Assembly: GCA_044229975.1 (NCBI GenBank)
Contig: JBGARZ010000015.1
Location: 1-64,000 of the forward strand
Source: Polyangiales bacterium
Lineage (GTDB): Bacteria; Myxococcota_A; Polyangia; Polyangiales; Ga0077539
DNA length: 64,000 nucleotides
Direction: 5' to 3'
Positions 19,398 to 29,877 of this stretch are shown here, one piece after another. The notes beneath the pieces were generated by a model. The model was not told the origin of the DNA. It saw only the letters and a program-made list of their open reading frames with translations, and searched no databases. The translations under genes were made by a program, and so were the position numbers. Position 1 is the first letter of the stretch. Each line of letters opens with the position of its first letter.

Positions 19398-20576
19398 TCA
19401 CCCCAACCGGCTCTCCGCCGACCCCCTCGTCAGCACCACCTTCGTGATCTCCCCATGCGTCCCCAGTCGCATCGGCGGCCCCCAATACCCCGTCCCCTCG
19501 CTCACATACGCCCAGGTCTGCCCGACCCGGTGCAACCCGTTCACGTACTTCTGATCGAGCTTCACCAGATACGACATGGGCCACAACTGCCCGCCGTGCG
19601 TGTGCCCCGACAGCACCAGCCCCACGCCCCGCTCCGCCGCCCCGGCCACCGCCTTCGGCTGATGCGCCAACAACACCAGCTCTCGCCCCTCGTCACGCCC
19701 CGCCAGCGCCCGCGCCAGGTCCGCCCCGTGCCCTTGGCCGTAGCGCCGCGCCGACCAGTCATCGACGCCCGCGAGATCGATGCTCGCCGCGTCGTCGCCC
19801 AGCATCACCCGCTCGTTGCGCAACACGCGAACACCCAGCCGACCGAGCTCGGCGATCCACTCGTCGGGCCCCGAGTAGTACTCGTGGTTGCCCGTCACGA
19901 AGAACACCCCGTGCCGCGCGCGCAGCTCCGCGAGCGGCGCCGTGTGTACGCCGAGCTCGGCGACGGACCCATCGACGAGGTCGCCCGTGATCACGATGAC
20001 GTCCGGCTGCAACGCGTTGACCCGCGCCACCAGCTCGCGGATGAACCCCCCACCAATCGTCGGCCCGACATGCACGTCGGTGAGCTGGACAATGGTGTAC
20101 CCGTCCATCGATGCCGGCAGCCTCGCCAGCGGAACGCGCACCGTCCGCACCGCCACCCGGTCGAGCGCCGTGCGAACCGCCGCCACGGTGAACGCGAGCC
20201 CGCCACCGCCGACAGCGAGCGCCACGGCGCGCGAGAACCACTGGCGACGCGCCGGGTCGGCGAGCGCCCCCGAGGCGAGCGCGACGGCCCGCGCGACCTC
20301 GCCGACGAGCGTGAGCAGGAAGAAGCCGAAGGCGGCGCCCATCCAGAGGAAGACGATCCAGGCTGGGGGCGTGACCACGGCGCGGGGCAGCGCGCGCACC
20401 GCGATGGCGGTGAGGGGCATCGCGAGCCCGAGGGTCCAGAGGGCGACCATGCCGACGCGAGGCCACGGGGCGGCCCACGCAGGATCACGGAAGAGCCGCG
20501 CCCAGAGCAGGTAGTGGAGCCCGCCGACGAGCAGCAGGAAGACCGCGAGGAAGATGACGATCTGGCCAATACGCAT
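19398..20576 (-). CDS. YkuE/YaeI-like membrane metallophosphoesterase
   Basis: TDVH, TGDLVD, GNHE, LAHQP, GHTHGGQ, G.GYWGPPMR. Confidence 0.93.
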   Translation of the reverse strand: MRIGQIVIFLAVFLLLVGGLHYLLWARLFRDPAWAAPWPRVGMVALWTLGLAMPLTAIAVRALPRAVVTPPAWIVFLWMGAAFGFFLLTLVGEVARAVALASGALADPARRQWFSRAVALAVGGGGLAFTVAAVRTALDRVAVRTVRVPLARLPASMDGYTIVQLTDVHVGPTIGGGFIRELVARVNALQPDVIVITGDLVDGSVAELGVHTAPLAELRARHGVFFVTGNHEYYSGPDEWIAELGRLGVRVLRNERVMLGDDAASIDLAGVDDWSARRYGQGHGADLARALAGRDEGRELVLLAHQPKAVAGAAERGVGLVLSGHTHGGQLWPMSYLVKLDQKYVNGLHRVGQTWAYVSEGTGYWGPPMRLGTHGEITKVVLTRGSAESRLG

Positions 20577-20622
20577 ACGCAGCGTGGAGGTACGACGCGC
20601 AGCGCCGCTCGTCGATAGGGCG

Positions 20623-21267
20623 CTACGCCGCGGGGTCGTCGACGCCGAGCTTGCGGGCCACGTCGCGGTCGGCCACGGGGTAGACCTCCTCGCGCGGCGT
20701 CTCCAGGCGATCGAGCGCGCTGTCGAGCACGTGCTGGTGCTGCGCGCGCACGAAGGGCGTCACGTCCTCGATGCGGACGATCCAGTCGCGCGTGTACTTC
20801 TCCAGCGTCTCGCCGCTGAGCCCGAGCTGGATCGCCCGTCGCTCGACCTTGTGGCCCGTCGGGTTGTGGTCCGGGTCCCACTGGAGGCGCACGTCGGAGG
20901 TCTTCACCGCGCGCTGCCATTGCTCCCGCTCGCCGTAGACCTCCGCCACGTAGGTCGAGTGCACGGCGCTCGCGAGCACCTGGTCGAAGGCCGCGCGTCG
21001 CAGCGTGATGGCGAGCACCACCTCCTGCCCCTCCTTCGTTGCCCAGCCCGAGCGGTACATCATCCACAGGAAGTTGGGCTTCACCCAGCTCATGCGCGAC
21101 AGGCTGAACCCCTCGCCGAACACCCCGTTGGCCGCCGCGGGAAGCCCGATGCCGGGGCGGTACGCCTGGTACACGACGACCGTCTCGTCATCGAACTGCG
21201 CGAGGATGTGGCGGCCGCTCGCGGGCCAGCGCGCCTTCTGTGCGAGGTAGCTTTCGTTGGGTCCCAT
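20623..21267 (-). CDS. DUF4291 domain protein
   Basis: VYQAY, RMSWVKPNFLWMMYRSGWATKEGQE, VRLQWDPDH. Confidence 0.92.
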   Translation of the reverse strand: MGPNESYLAQKARWPASGRHILAQFDDETVVVYQAYRPGIGLPAAANGVFGEGFSLSRMSWVKPNFLWMMYRSGWATKEGQEVVLAITLRRAAFDQVLASAVHSTYVAEVYGEREQWQRAVKTSDVRLQWDPDHNPTGHKVERRAIQLGLSGETLEKYTRDWIVRIEDVTPFVRAQHQHVLDSALDRLETPREEVYPVADRDVARKLGVDDPAA

Positions 21268-21313
21268 GGTGAAGGGCGGGGATGCTAGCGCGCGTCGTAG
21301 TAGAAGGCTCGCG

Positions 21314-22054
21314 ATGACCACCGACGAGACGAGGTCCGTGACGCTGGCCGAGGCCACCGCGCTGCTGCGAACGGAGCGCGAAGTCGAGAACGTGGACTTC
21401 ACCGGGCTCGACCTGCGCCGCGCGTTTCCGTCCAGAATCGAGGAGCCATACACCTTCCGCGGGTGCGTGTTTCGCGACGTGAGCGTGGCGAAGCTCGACC
21501 TGTCGGGCGCGACCTTCGACGGCGGCGTCTTCGACGAGGCCGACTTCACCGAGGCGCGCATCGAGGACACCGTCTGGCTCGGCGTGACCGCCGCGAAGCT
21601 GATCGCCGTGAAGGCCATCGCGACGCGGGCGCGCTTCGAGCGGTGCACCCTCATCGGGGCCGACTTTGCGGGGGCGTCGCTCGGTGAGGCGTCGTTCAAG
21701 AGCGGGCGGATGACCGGGGCGTGCTTTTCGAAGGCGAAGATGCGCGACACCCGCTTCGCCGACTGCCAGCTCGTGGCGGCCGACCTGCGCGGCGTGTCGC
21801 TCTACAAGCAGACGCTGAAGCAGGTCGATCTGTCGGAGGCCAACCTCTCGGGCGCCGACCTCCGTGACACGATGCTCGATGGCTGCCGCCTGCGCGACGC
21901 CCGCATGGTGGACGCGCGCTTCACCGGCGCCGACCTCCGCCGCTCCGACCTCGGGACGCTGACGCCGCTCGCATGCGGTGCACTGCGGGGCGCGATCATC
22001 TCGTCGGCACAGGCGGCCGACCTCGTGCGCGGCCTCGGGCTCCAGGTGATCTGA
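21314..22054 (+). CDS. Pentapeptide-repeat protein
   Basis: Repeated A(D/N)(L/F)xx units. Confidence 0.92.
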   Translation: MTTDETRSVTLAEATALLRTEREVENVDFTGLDLRRAFPSRIEEPYTFRGCVFRDVSVAKLDLSGATFDGGVFDEADFTEARIEDTVWLGVTAAKLIAVKAIATRARFERCTLIGADFAGASLGEASFKSGRMTGACFSKAKMRDTRFADCQLVAADLRGVSLYKQTLKQVDLSEANLSGADLRDTMLDGCRLRDARMVDARFTGADLRRSDLGTLTPLACGALRGAIISSAQAADLVRGLGLQVI

Positions 22055-22079
22055 ACGCCGACGCCGACCGCGACCGACG

Positions 22080-22613
22080 CTACCGCCGCCGCCCTGCGCC
22101 GCGCCACGCACGGACGGTGCGCAGCAGCGGCTCGACCGGCAGCCCCGCGGTCTGTTGCACCGTGCGGAGGAGGGCGTCGGGCGCGCGCTCGGGGCGCAGC
22201 ACCCAGGCCATGCCCATGACCCGCGCGCAGGCCGGGCAGGTGGTGTTCTCGACGATGACGTAGTCGCCCTGCACCGAGACGACGATGGCGGGCGGTTGGC
22301 CCCAGCGGGCGGTTCCGCGGGCGTCCCACGCTCGTCGCGCGCCGAGGTTGTGCGCAAAGCCCGCGTCGACCGGACCCTGGAGCGCGGCGGTGCTCCCATC
22401 AACAGCGCAGTGGACGCGGAGTTGCGCTCTGTCCAGAGCGATGTCCGCGCAGGGGTGCGTGAAGAGCTGGAGCGGCCAGCGCCCGTCGGTCATCGGCGGC
22501 GCCCAGGCCCACGCGGCGACCGTGACGGTGAGGAGCGACAGCGCGGTCGGGAGCAGGAGTCGGTGCTTCAACGGAGGGCCTCCACGCGAGCGGTGAGACG
22601 TTGGCGAATACAC
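22080..22613 (-). CDS. Hypothetical secreted protein
   Basis: Hydrophobic signal-like stretch and a CPAC motif; start uncertain. Confidence 0.55.
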   Translation of the reverse strand: MYSPTSHRSRGGPPLKHRLLLPTALSLLTVTVAAWAWAPPMTDGRWPLQLFTHPCADIALDRAQLRVHCAVDGSTAALQGPVDAGFAHNLGARRAWDARGTARWGQPPAIVVSVQGDYVIVENTTCPACARVMGMAWVLRPERAPDALLRTVQQTAGLPVEPLLRTVRAWRGAGRRR

Positions 22614-22650
22614 GGTCGGCGGTGGAGCGTCGAGGTGCCCTCACGCTCCG

Positions 22651-23295
22651 TCAGCCCATCGCTTCGAACATCCCGCGGCACGCGTCGAGTCCGACGAGCT
22701 CGATGTCGTCGCGGCGCCGCGCCTCCCAGGCCGCGCGGTCGAGGCGGTAGCGGCGCTGGCGCACGACGGTCCCGCGCGGCGCGCAGAGCGTCTCGCCGTT
22801 GGGCGTGTACCCGAGCTTCTCGGTCACCCGCGCCGACGACGTGTTGCCCTCGAAGGCACCCGTGTACGCGACCTCCGCGCCGAGACCCGCGAAGGCGAGG
22901 TGGAGGATTGCGTGGCGCATCTCGGTTCCGAGGCCGCGACCCTGCCACGGGAGGCCGAGCCAGCTCCCGGTCTCCACGGCGCGGAAGACCCCGAAGCGCG
23001 TCGCCGTCATCGACTGCGTCCCCACGGGGTGGCCGTCGACGAGGACGGCGAGCGGGAGGTTCCAGAGGTCGGGCGACCACGACGCGCGGGCGCCCCAGAA
23101 ATACTGGAGGAAGCCGTGATCGAAGGCAGGGCCGGTGCGATCGCTCCACGGCACGATGAAGGGCATCGTCTCGGGCGGATGAACGCCCGCCCGCGCGACG
23201 TCGAGCAGCGCCGCGAGGTCGTCGTCGGTGGGCGACCGCAGCTCGATGGTGGGCGTGCGAACGCGGAGCGCGAAGAGGGGCCACGGCAGAGCCAT
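22651..23295 (-). CDS. GNAT acyltransferase (RimJ/RimL, Rv0802c-like)
   Basis: VETGSWLG..WQGRGLGTEMR, N.SS.RV..KLGY. Confidence 0.9.
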   Translation of the reverse strand: MALPWPLFALRVRTPTIELRSPTDDDLAALLDVARAGVHPPETMPFIVPWSDRTGPAFDHGFLQYFWGARASWSPDLWNLPLAVLVDGHPVGTQSMTATRFGVFRAVETGSWLGLPWQGRGLGTEMRHAILHLAFAGLGAEVAYTGAFEGNTSSARVTEKLGYTPNGETLCAPRGTVVRQRRYRLDRAAWEARRRDDIELVGLDACRGMFEAMG

Positions 23296-23318
23296 GCGCC
23301 GACGCTACCGCAAGGCGC

Positions 23319-23819
23319 TCAGCGGGTGCGCCGGGCGTACACCTCGCGCACGAGCGCATCGAGCACGCCTGCCGAGAGCAGCGAGCGCAGACGGTGGTCG
23401 TCGTCGACCTCGACGAGGCGGACGAGCGCGGGCGTCCCGGTGGCGGCGAGCGCGCGGCTGTCGTCGAGGGGGATGATGTCGTCGCGCGTGCCGTGGACGA
23501 TGGTCACCGCGACGCCATCGGGCAGGCGGTTGGGGAGGTCGAGGCGCGCGGCCGCGGGCGCGAGGAGCAGCGTCGGTCCGCGCCAGAGGCCGCGGTCGAG
23601 GAGGGCGACGGTGATGGCGCCGCCGAAGGACGAGCCCACCACCACATCGGGCGCGACCGCGGCGAGCGCGGCGGCCTGCGTGGCGATGGAGCCGTCGAGG
23701 TCGCTGGTGTCCATCGCAGGAGCGACGGTGTCGAAGTGCTCGGCGAGGAAGCGCGGCTTGTCCCCCTGCGGAGACCCTTCGAGGCCGTGAACGAACTGAA
23801 CGCGCAGCCGGGATGTCAT
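23319..23819 (-). CDS. Small alpha/beta hydrolase (YqiA-like)
   Basis: FVHGLEG, GSSFGG, HG..DD, C-terminal His. Confidence 0.88.
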   Translation of the reverse strand: MTSRLRVQFVHGLEGSPQGDKPRFLAEHFDTVAPAMDTSDLDGSIATQAAALAAVAPDVVVGSSFGGAITVALLDRGLWRGPTLLLAPAAARLDLPNRLPDGVAVTIVHGTRDDIIPLDDSRALAATGTPALVRLVEVDDDHRLRSLLSAGVLDALVREVYARRTR

Positions 23820-23903
23820 GGTCGCGTGGAGGGTACGTCCATCGGGGATGGGGAGGGGACCGGCAGCCGCGAGGACACCGTGATAGACCCCCGACCGTCG
23901 TCG

Positions 23904-25958
23904 ATGAGCAGCGCCCCGCGACCCACGGCCCTCGACGCCCTCCTCGCCGACCCCGACCTCCTCGCCCTCGACGCCATCGCCCCGGCCTTCGACCCGCTGG
24001 AGGTGCTCGCCACCGCGCGCAAGGAGCGCCCGCACACCCGCTTCCTCGGTTGGCTCCTCGATCCGCACCCCGCGCGGCCCGGCGGCGACCACGGCCTCGG
24101 CGTCGCCGTCCTCACCGCGCTCGTCCATCGCGCGCTCGCATCCCTCGACCCACTTCCCGGTGCGCGCGTCGTCGCCGTCACCGCGCCGCCCGTGCTCATC
24201 GCTGATGGTGCCCGCCTCCTGCGCGAGCAACCGCTCGATGACGGCGTTCGTGCGCCCGACATTCGCTGCCATGCCCGCGATGTCCACGGTCGCGAGTGGG
24301 TGGTGCTCGTCGAGAACAAGCTCGACGCCGACGAGGGCGACGGCCAGCTCGCGGCCTACCTCGCGTGGTCGCGCGCCCACCACCCCGACGCCCAACGCCT
24401 GCTCGTCTATGTGACCCCCGACCGCCGCGCGCCCCGTGAGAGCTTCCCCGCCGACCGTGTGGCCGCCATCGCCTGGAGCGACGTCGTCGACGCTGCCCTC
24501 ACTGCCCTGCATGCGTGCGCCCCCGCGCCACCCGCCGTCGCCGCGGCCCGCGCCTTCGCGGCCACCACCCTCGACGCCCTCCGCATGCGCTTCGGCGCCC
24601 ACCCCGAGGCGCTCGCCCTCGTCGCTCGCCTGCACCGTCGCCACCCGCGCGCCGCGGCCCGATGTGCTGCGCTGCTGCCCGATGATCCCGAGTGGCCGTC
24701 CCTCGACGCTCGTGTGCCCAACGCGCTCTGGCACCTGCGAACGCTTCGCCCGCAGGCCGTCTCCTTCACCCGCGCCTTCGCCGACCGCGTCGCCTCCGCC
24801 TGGAACACCCTCCACCCCGACGCCCCCGCCCTCCGCGCCACCGCCCCGCACGCGCGCCTGCCGGGCCTCGCCGCGTGGTCCATCGCGGAGGTCACCGAGG
24901 CCTGGTCGGTGCACCTCGTCGCCTCGTCGGGCCCGCACCCCGGCGCGCTCCGCCCACGTCTCTGGCTCTGCTGGTACGGTCCGAATACCCAGCCAGGTAT
25001 GCTGCTCGACGCCCGCGAACACGAGCTCGACCTCCTCCCGGCGGCGACCCGCGACGCCCTGCGCGACGCGCGCCCCGTCCCCACGACGCCCGGTGCGTGG
25101 CGCTGGCTCCAGGTCGGTCGCCCCGTCGAGCTCCCGCGCGGGTTCTCGCCCGACGACGACGCTCGCCGGGTCGTCGAGCGATTGCACCCGGTCGTGGGCC
25201 CGCACCTCACCGCGCTGGCCGCGCTCTCCCGCGACCGCTCCCGCTGGCTCTACTCCTGCGACCGCGACGACACCCTCGATCGCCCCACCGACGCCGTCGA
25301 CCGCCTCACGCTGCACGCCGCCGCGAAGCCCGACGCCGAACGGGCGTTGCTCGTCGCGACGCAGCCCACGGGTCACCCCGGCGAGATCGGCGCGGCCCAC
25401 GAGCTCGGCACCGCCCTCGCGCGAGCGCTGGGGGAGGGCGGTCGCTTCACCTACGACTACGGTCCGGCGGCGGGCCTCGCGCTGTGCGACGCGCCAACGG
25501 TGGTGCTGCTGGAGGGAGCTCTCTTCGACGACGCAGACGCGGTGGCGTTCGCGCGCGCGGCGGCGTCACGCGGGGCGACGCTGGTGCTGCTCCCCGCGAC
25601 GGGCGACGGCTTCACCGAGGCAGCGCGCGGGTCGTTGCGCCCGTGGTCAGATGCGGTGACGACAGTGGTGGGACGGGTCGATGCGCGCGAGCTCACCGAC
25701 CCGGAGGGCGACGTCGCGGCCGCGCGGTGGCGACGGCGGTTGCAGACCCTCGATCGGGTGCGGCTGCGCGACGACGCGCGGGTGGCGCTGTGGGTGGAGC
25801 ACGGCGACCGGCGCTGGCCACTGCTCGCGGGGTGGCGCGAGGGTGACGCGACGGTGCTGTGCTGGTGCGGAGACCTGCGGGCGGTGACGACGGACGAGGC
25901 CCTCACCGCGCGCTGGTGGGCGGCGGTGCGGGAGCTGCGGTCGTCGTTGGAGGGGTGA
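23904..25958 (+). CDS. PD-(D/E)XK nuclease-family protein with a long C-terminal extension
   Basis: E..HT.FL.WLLDP...HGLG, PDI, VENK, QL..Y in the first ~200 aa. Confidence 0.8.
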   Translation: MSSAPRPTALDALLADPDLLALDAIAPAFDPLEVLATARKERPHTRFLGWLLDPHPARPGGDHGLGVAVLTALVHRALASLDPLPGARVVAVTAPPVLIADGARLLREQPLDDGVRAPDIRCHARDVHGREWVVLVENKLDADEGDGQLAAYLAWSRAHHPDAQRLLVYVTPDRRAPRESFPADRVAAIAWSDVVDAALTALHACAPAPPAVAAARAFAATTLDALRMRFGAHPEALALVARLHRRHPRAAARCAALLPDDPEWPSLDARVPNALWHLRTLRPQAVSFTRAFADRVASAWNTLHPDAPALRATAPHARLPGLAAWSIAEVTEAWSVHLVASSGPHPGALRPRLWLCWYGPNTQPGMLLDAREHELDLLPAATRDALRDARPVPTTPGAWRWLQVGRPVELPRGFSPDDDARRVVERLHPVVGPHLTALAALSRDRSRWLYSCDRDDTLDRPTDAVDRLTLHAAAKPDAERALLVATQPTGHPGEIGAAHELGTALARALGEGGRFTYDYGPAAGLALCDAPTVVLLEGALFDDADAVAFARAAASRGATLVLLPATGDGFTEAARGSLRPWSDAVTTVVGRVDARELTDPEGDVAAARWRRRLQTLDRVRLRDDARVALWVEHGDRRWPLLAGWREGDATVLCWCGDLRAVTTDEALTARWWAAVRELRSSLEG

Positions 25959-25970
25959 GAGGGGAGGCGA

Positions 25971-26147
25971 TCAGCCGGCGGCGGCGGCGCTGGGCTTGCG
26001 CGAGCGGGTCTTCTTCTCGGCGGCCTTGCCGGCGCTGGCGAAGCGGGCGGCGCGCTCGGCGAGCTTCTTGGCGGCGCGCTCCTTCTTCTTGCGCTGACCC
26101 TTGCGCTGAATCGACTTCTGCGAATGACGGCGATCGCCCTTACCCAT
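25971..26147 (-). CDS. Small Lys/Arg-rich protein (58 aa)
   Basis: MGKGDRRHSQKSIQRK...; GGAG RBS; host-like codon usage. Confidence 0.65.
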   Translation of the reverse strand: MGKGDRRHSQKSIQRKGQRKKKERAAKKLAERAARFASAGKAAEKKTRSRKPSAAAAG

Positions 26148-26259
26148 CGTGATGCTCCGGTAGATTGACTGGTATGCGGTGATGCACGCGCGAAGCAGTT
26201 GCCCCGCGCGGAGCGGAAGCGGGTACCACCCGCCCCGACGGGCTGTCAACGTTGGCGGC

Positions 26260-26688
26260 TCAGTAGTCGGGGTTCTCGAACACCCGTCGCACCGCGTCGG
26301 AGGGCGTTCCCACCTGGAGGCGCTCGACGCGCGCGGGGTTGCGCAGCATCCACCCGAGCATGCCCGCCACGCCCGTCGCGGGCAGCGTGTAGCGGACGTT
26401 CAGCGCCACGATCGCTCCGCTCGTCTGGTTGCGGACCTCCGCGCGATACTGGTCGCCCGACGTCCACAGCACCACGTCGACGGTCTGCCGGGCGCCGCCG
26501 TCCCGGCTCGCCGGTACATCGACCAACGCGGGCACGTCGCTCGCGACGACATCAACGGTCGGCGTCGCCGAGTCGCTCGTCGTCGAGGCGTCGCGGTTGG
26601 GGAAATCGAGCCCGGGGTTGGCCCGGCTGGAGCACGCGAGGAGCGCTGCGCCAGCCAGCAGGGGGAAGACGACCGCGCCGCACTTCAT
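26260..26688 (-). CDS. Lipoprotein of unknown function
   Basis: LLAC lipobox, Asp/Ala/Ser linker. Confidence 0.65.
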   Translation of the reverse strand: MKCGAVVFPLLAGAALLACSSRANPGLDFPNRDASTTSDSATPTVDVVASDVPALVDVPASRDGGARQTVDVVLWTSGDQYRAEVRNQTSGAIVALNVRYTLPATGVAGMLGWMLRNPARVERLQVGTPSDAVRRVFENPDY

Positions 26689-26735
26689 GGCGGCGATCAG
26701 ACCACCTCGGGCCGAGCCGTCGAGGGGCCCCTCCG

Positions 26736-28955
26736 TCAGTGCATCAGCCCGAGGATCTTCCTGCGGAAGACCCACACCGCCACGAGGAGCGCCGCCAGCA
26801 GGATCACCAGCACGGTGGTTCGCCCCGAGTGGTCCTCGTCCTCGGGCGAGCCGGGGAGCATGTCCGTCTGATCGAGCTTCGCGTCCTTGGGGAGGTCGGG
26901 CACGAACGCGAACACCCGCGCCACGCGCCGCGTGATGGTCATGTGGATGTTGACCGCCCAGCCGCCCGCTTCGAGCAGCAGCGCCAGGTCGCGCTTGCGG
27001 AGCTTGAGCCACCCGAGCAGCGCCGAGATGCTCATCACCACCAACACGAGCCCGAGGATGGCGCCCCAGAACGACGGCTCCTTCAGCGCGCCGAAGAGGG
27101 CGCCCAGCACCACCGAGATGCCGCCCAGCGCCATGCCGCCACCCAGCACCAGCGAGTTGATGTTGAGCGGCTCCGACGCCGGCCGCGTGGCCTCCGTCGG
27201 CGCCGGCGCGGGCGCTGGCGGCGGTGCGGCCGTCCCGCGCGCCACCTCGACCCCGGTGCCCACCTGCGCGGCGCCGCGCTCGGCGGTGGCCCTCGCCTCG
27301 GCCACGCCCGCCTCGGCGCGCGCGGTCATGGCGGCCTCCTGCGAGGCCTGCGCGCTCGCGACGTACTCCTCGATCTTCGACGAGATCATCGCGGCGACCC
27401 GGCGAAACGGCGCAAACGCCGCCTGCTTCACCGAGATGGGGTTGTCCACGATCTCCGTGATGACGGCGTCGAACTCCTTGCCGTCGAGGTCGATGAAGAT
27501 GCCGCGCTTGCCCACCCGCAGCCGCCCCGGCTCGCCGCCCGTCACCGGGGCCACGAGCTGCCCCGCCGCCGCGCCGCCCTCCTTCTCGAAGACCTCGACG
27601 TACACGAGGTAGATGAAGCTCAGCGTCGCGACGGCCTTGTGCTCGGCGCGGTTGCCCACCTTCAAGCAGAAGTCGAGGCGACGACCGTCGATGACCAGCG
27701 AGCCCGTCTCGACCAACGCCGTCTCCTTCGGGAGGTAGATGGCCGAGAAGTTCACGAAGTTGTTCACGAGCTGCACGAGCCAGCGCACGTACAGCAGCAG
27801 CTTCTCCAGGTCGTCGACCTGCCCGATCTCCTTGGCCGCGGCCTTGTCGAGCTCCAGGTACGCGTCGACCTTCGCCTTCACCGCCCCGTCGAGGTAGCCC
27901 CGCACCTTCGCCTCGCCGAGCTTCTCGAAGTTCTCCGGCGGACGGCCCTTCTCCCACTCCACGTAGCCGTCGAAGGTCGCCTTCACCTTGCGCCAGTCGG
28001 CGCGCGTCAGCGACGTCGCGGTTGCCCCGAGCACCCGGGCGATGACCGTCTCCCGCAGCTTGTCGAAGCGATCGCTGTACAGCGCGTTGATCGCCGCCGA
28101 CAGCGAGAGCTCGCCGCCCGCCACGGGCTGCGCCAGCGGCGACTCCTGGAGGTAGCGCTCGATGTCCCCGGCGGCCTTCAGGCGCAGCGCGCGCAGGTCG
28201 TCGTCCTTCAGCCGCATGCTCTCGGGCGTCGGGGTCTCCTGCCGCAAGAGCTCGCCGTGGAGGAAGTACGCCTCCAGCTTCGGATCCATCTCGCGCACGA
28301 GCGCGATGGCCGCCTCGGTGTCGGCGCCCCACACCGCCGCCGCGGCCGCCTTCGAGCGCCACTCCGACCAGAGCGCGCCCTGCTTCATGAACTTCTCCAA
28401 CAGCTCGGCGTTGATGCCGTTGGAGCCGCCGCGGTCGAGCACCCCGCCCACCACGTCGATGACGTCGTTGATGAAGACCTTCACGTCTTCTTCCGGGACC
28501 ACGTCGGCCGGAATCACCCCGTCGCCGTTGGCCAGGAGCTTCTGGTAGCCGCCCTTGAACTCCTGGATGTCCGACAGCGCGATGGTCTTCGCGTCGGCCA
28601 CCTTCTGCTCGCGGTTGATGCGCTCGGCCGCGGCCCGCAGAGCCTTCCCCGCGTCGCCGCCGCCGTCGATGGCGTCGATGGCGATGGCCTCCACGGGCTT
28701 GCGCACCACGTCCTTCTTGGCGAGCCGCGCGAAGAGCCAGTCGCGGGCCTCCACGATCTGCGACACCCGCACGCGCCCCGAGGTCGTCGGGTCGATGTAC
28801 TTCAGGAAGATCGCGTCGCAGTTGAGGCCCTCGGCGGGAGCGCTCGTGGCTGCCCAGCGCGCCGGGTCGAGCTCGTCGATTCGCGCGAGGTCTTCCTCGT
28901 CGGTGACCATGAACTGATGGATGCCGCCGAAGTTCCTGAAGCGCATGGTGCTCAT
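26736..28955 (-). CDS. Large conserved-looking membrane protein of unknown function
   Basis: 739-aa ORF with strong codon bias, EF-hand-like D-rich loops, C-terminal TM helices. Confidence 0.8.
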   Translation of the reverse strand: MSTMRFRNFGGIHQFMVTDEEDLARIDELDPARWAATSAPAEGLNCDAIFLKYIDPTTSGRVRVSQIVEARDWLFARLAKKDVVRKPVEAIAIDAIDGGGDAGKALRAAAERINREQKVADAKTIALSDIQEFKGGYQKLLANGDGVIPADVVPEEDVKVFINDVIDVVGGVLDRGGSNGINAELLEKFMKQGALWSEWRSKAAAAAVWGADTEAAIALVREMDPKLEAYFLHGELLRQETPTPESMRLKDDDLRALRLKAAGDIERYLQESPLAQPVAGGELSLSAAINALYSDRFDKLRETVIARVLGATATSLTRADWRKVKATFDGYVEWEKGRPPENFEKLGEAKVRGYLDGAVKAKVDAYLELDKAAAKEIGQVDDLEKLLLYVRWLVQLVNNFVNFSAIYLPKETALVETGSLVIDGRRLDFCLKVGNRAEHKAVATLSFIYLVYVEVFEKEGGAAAGQLVAPVTGGEPGRLRVGKRGIFIDLDGKEFDAVITEIVDNPISVKQAAFAPFRRVAAMISSKIEEYVASAQASQEAAMTARAEAGVAEARATAERGAAQVGTGVEVARGTAAPPPAPAPAPTEATRPASEPLNINSLVLGGGMALGGISVVLGALFGALKEPSFWGAILGLVLVVMSISALLGWLKLRKRDLALLLEAGGWAVNIHMTITRRVARVFAFVPDLPKDAKLDQTDMLPGSPEDEDHSGRTTVLVILLAALLVAVWVFRRKILGLMH

Positions 28956-29117
28956 GGGGAGTGGTGTTCCGTAGGTGGTGGAGATGAGGCGCTCGTGCCG
29001 TCGAAGCCCGCGCCCAAACGGACCATACGCCAGCTCTCTTCAAAGCAAGGCGCGATTCTCCCGGCGCCCAATGGGTGCCAGGATTTCCCGGCATGATATG
29101 AGCGATCGGGAGCACCG

Positions 29118-29873
29118 ATGAGCGACGGAGAGCGACGGTTCGGCGAGGCGGAGGTGGAGGCGATCCTGCGGCGCGCGACGGCCCGACCGGAGGGCTCGAC
29201 GCTCTCCCGCGCAGAGCTCGCCGACGTGTTGCGCCAGATGAACGTCGACGACTCCGCCCTCGACGAGGCCATCGCCGAGGTCGACGCCGAGCGCGAGGTG
29301 ACCGGCGAAATCGCCGCGTGGAAGGAGCGACGCCGCCGCTCCGTGATGGGTCACGCCATCTCCTTCGCGTCGGTGATGTCGCTGCTGGTGGCCATCAACC
29401 TCCTGGTGACGCCACACGCGCTGTGGTTCGTGTGGCCGCTGCTCGGGTGGGGCTTCGCGCTCGTGTCGGACTACCTCCGCTACCGCCGCGGCCCCGATCC
29501 GTCGCAGCTCGCGTCGCGCCGACGCCAGGAGGCCGAGCGCGCCGAGCGGGCGCAGCGCAAGGCCGACAAGGCCCAGCGCAAGGCGAGGAAGCGCGACGCC
29601 GACGAGGCCGTGGCCCGCGCCTCCGAAGAGCTGAAGGACGCCGTGAAGGTCGGCGTCGCGGGCGTGATGGAGACCGTCGGCCGGGCCCTGCGCGACGCGG
29701 CGGCCGCTGACGAAGCAACACCGCGGAGAGCGCCCGTCGCGACGAGGGAGGCGCGCACGGGGGTTCGCGTGGAGGCGGCGCCCGCGCCGAAGGAGGTGAG
29801 CGACGAGGACGTGGCCGACGACCTCGAAGCGCTGCGCGAGAAGGTGGCGCGCAAGGGCGGGCGGCGATCGTGA
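29118..29873 (+). CDS. 2TM-domain protein
   Basis: H...F..V..LL..INL......WF.WP.LGWG motif; coiled-coil C-terminus. Confidence 0.8.
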   Translation: MSDGERRFGEAEVEAILRRATARPEGSTLSRAELADVLRQMNVDDSALDEAIAEVDAEREVTGEIAAWKERRRRSVMGHAISFASVMSLLVAINLLVTPHALWFVWPLLGWGFALVSDYLRYRRGPDPSQLASRRRQEAERAERAQRKADKAQRKARKRDADEAVARASEELKDAVKVGVAGVMETVGRALRDAAAADEATPRRAPVATREARTGVRVEAAPAPKEVSDEDVADDLEALREKVARKGGRRS

Positions 29874-29877
29874 TAGG

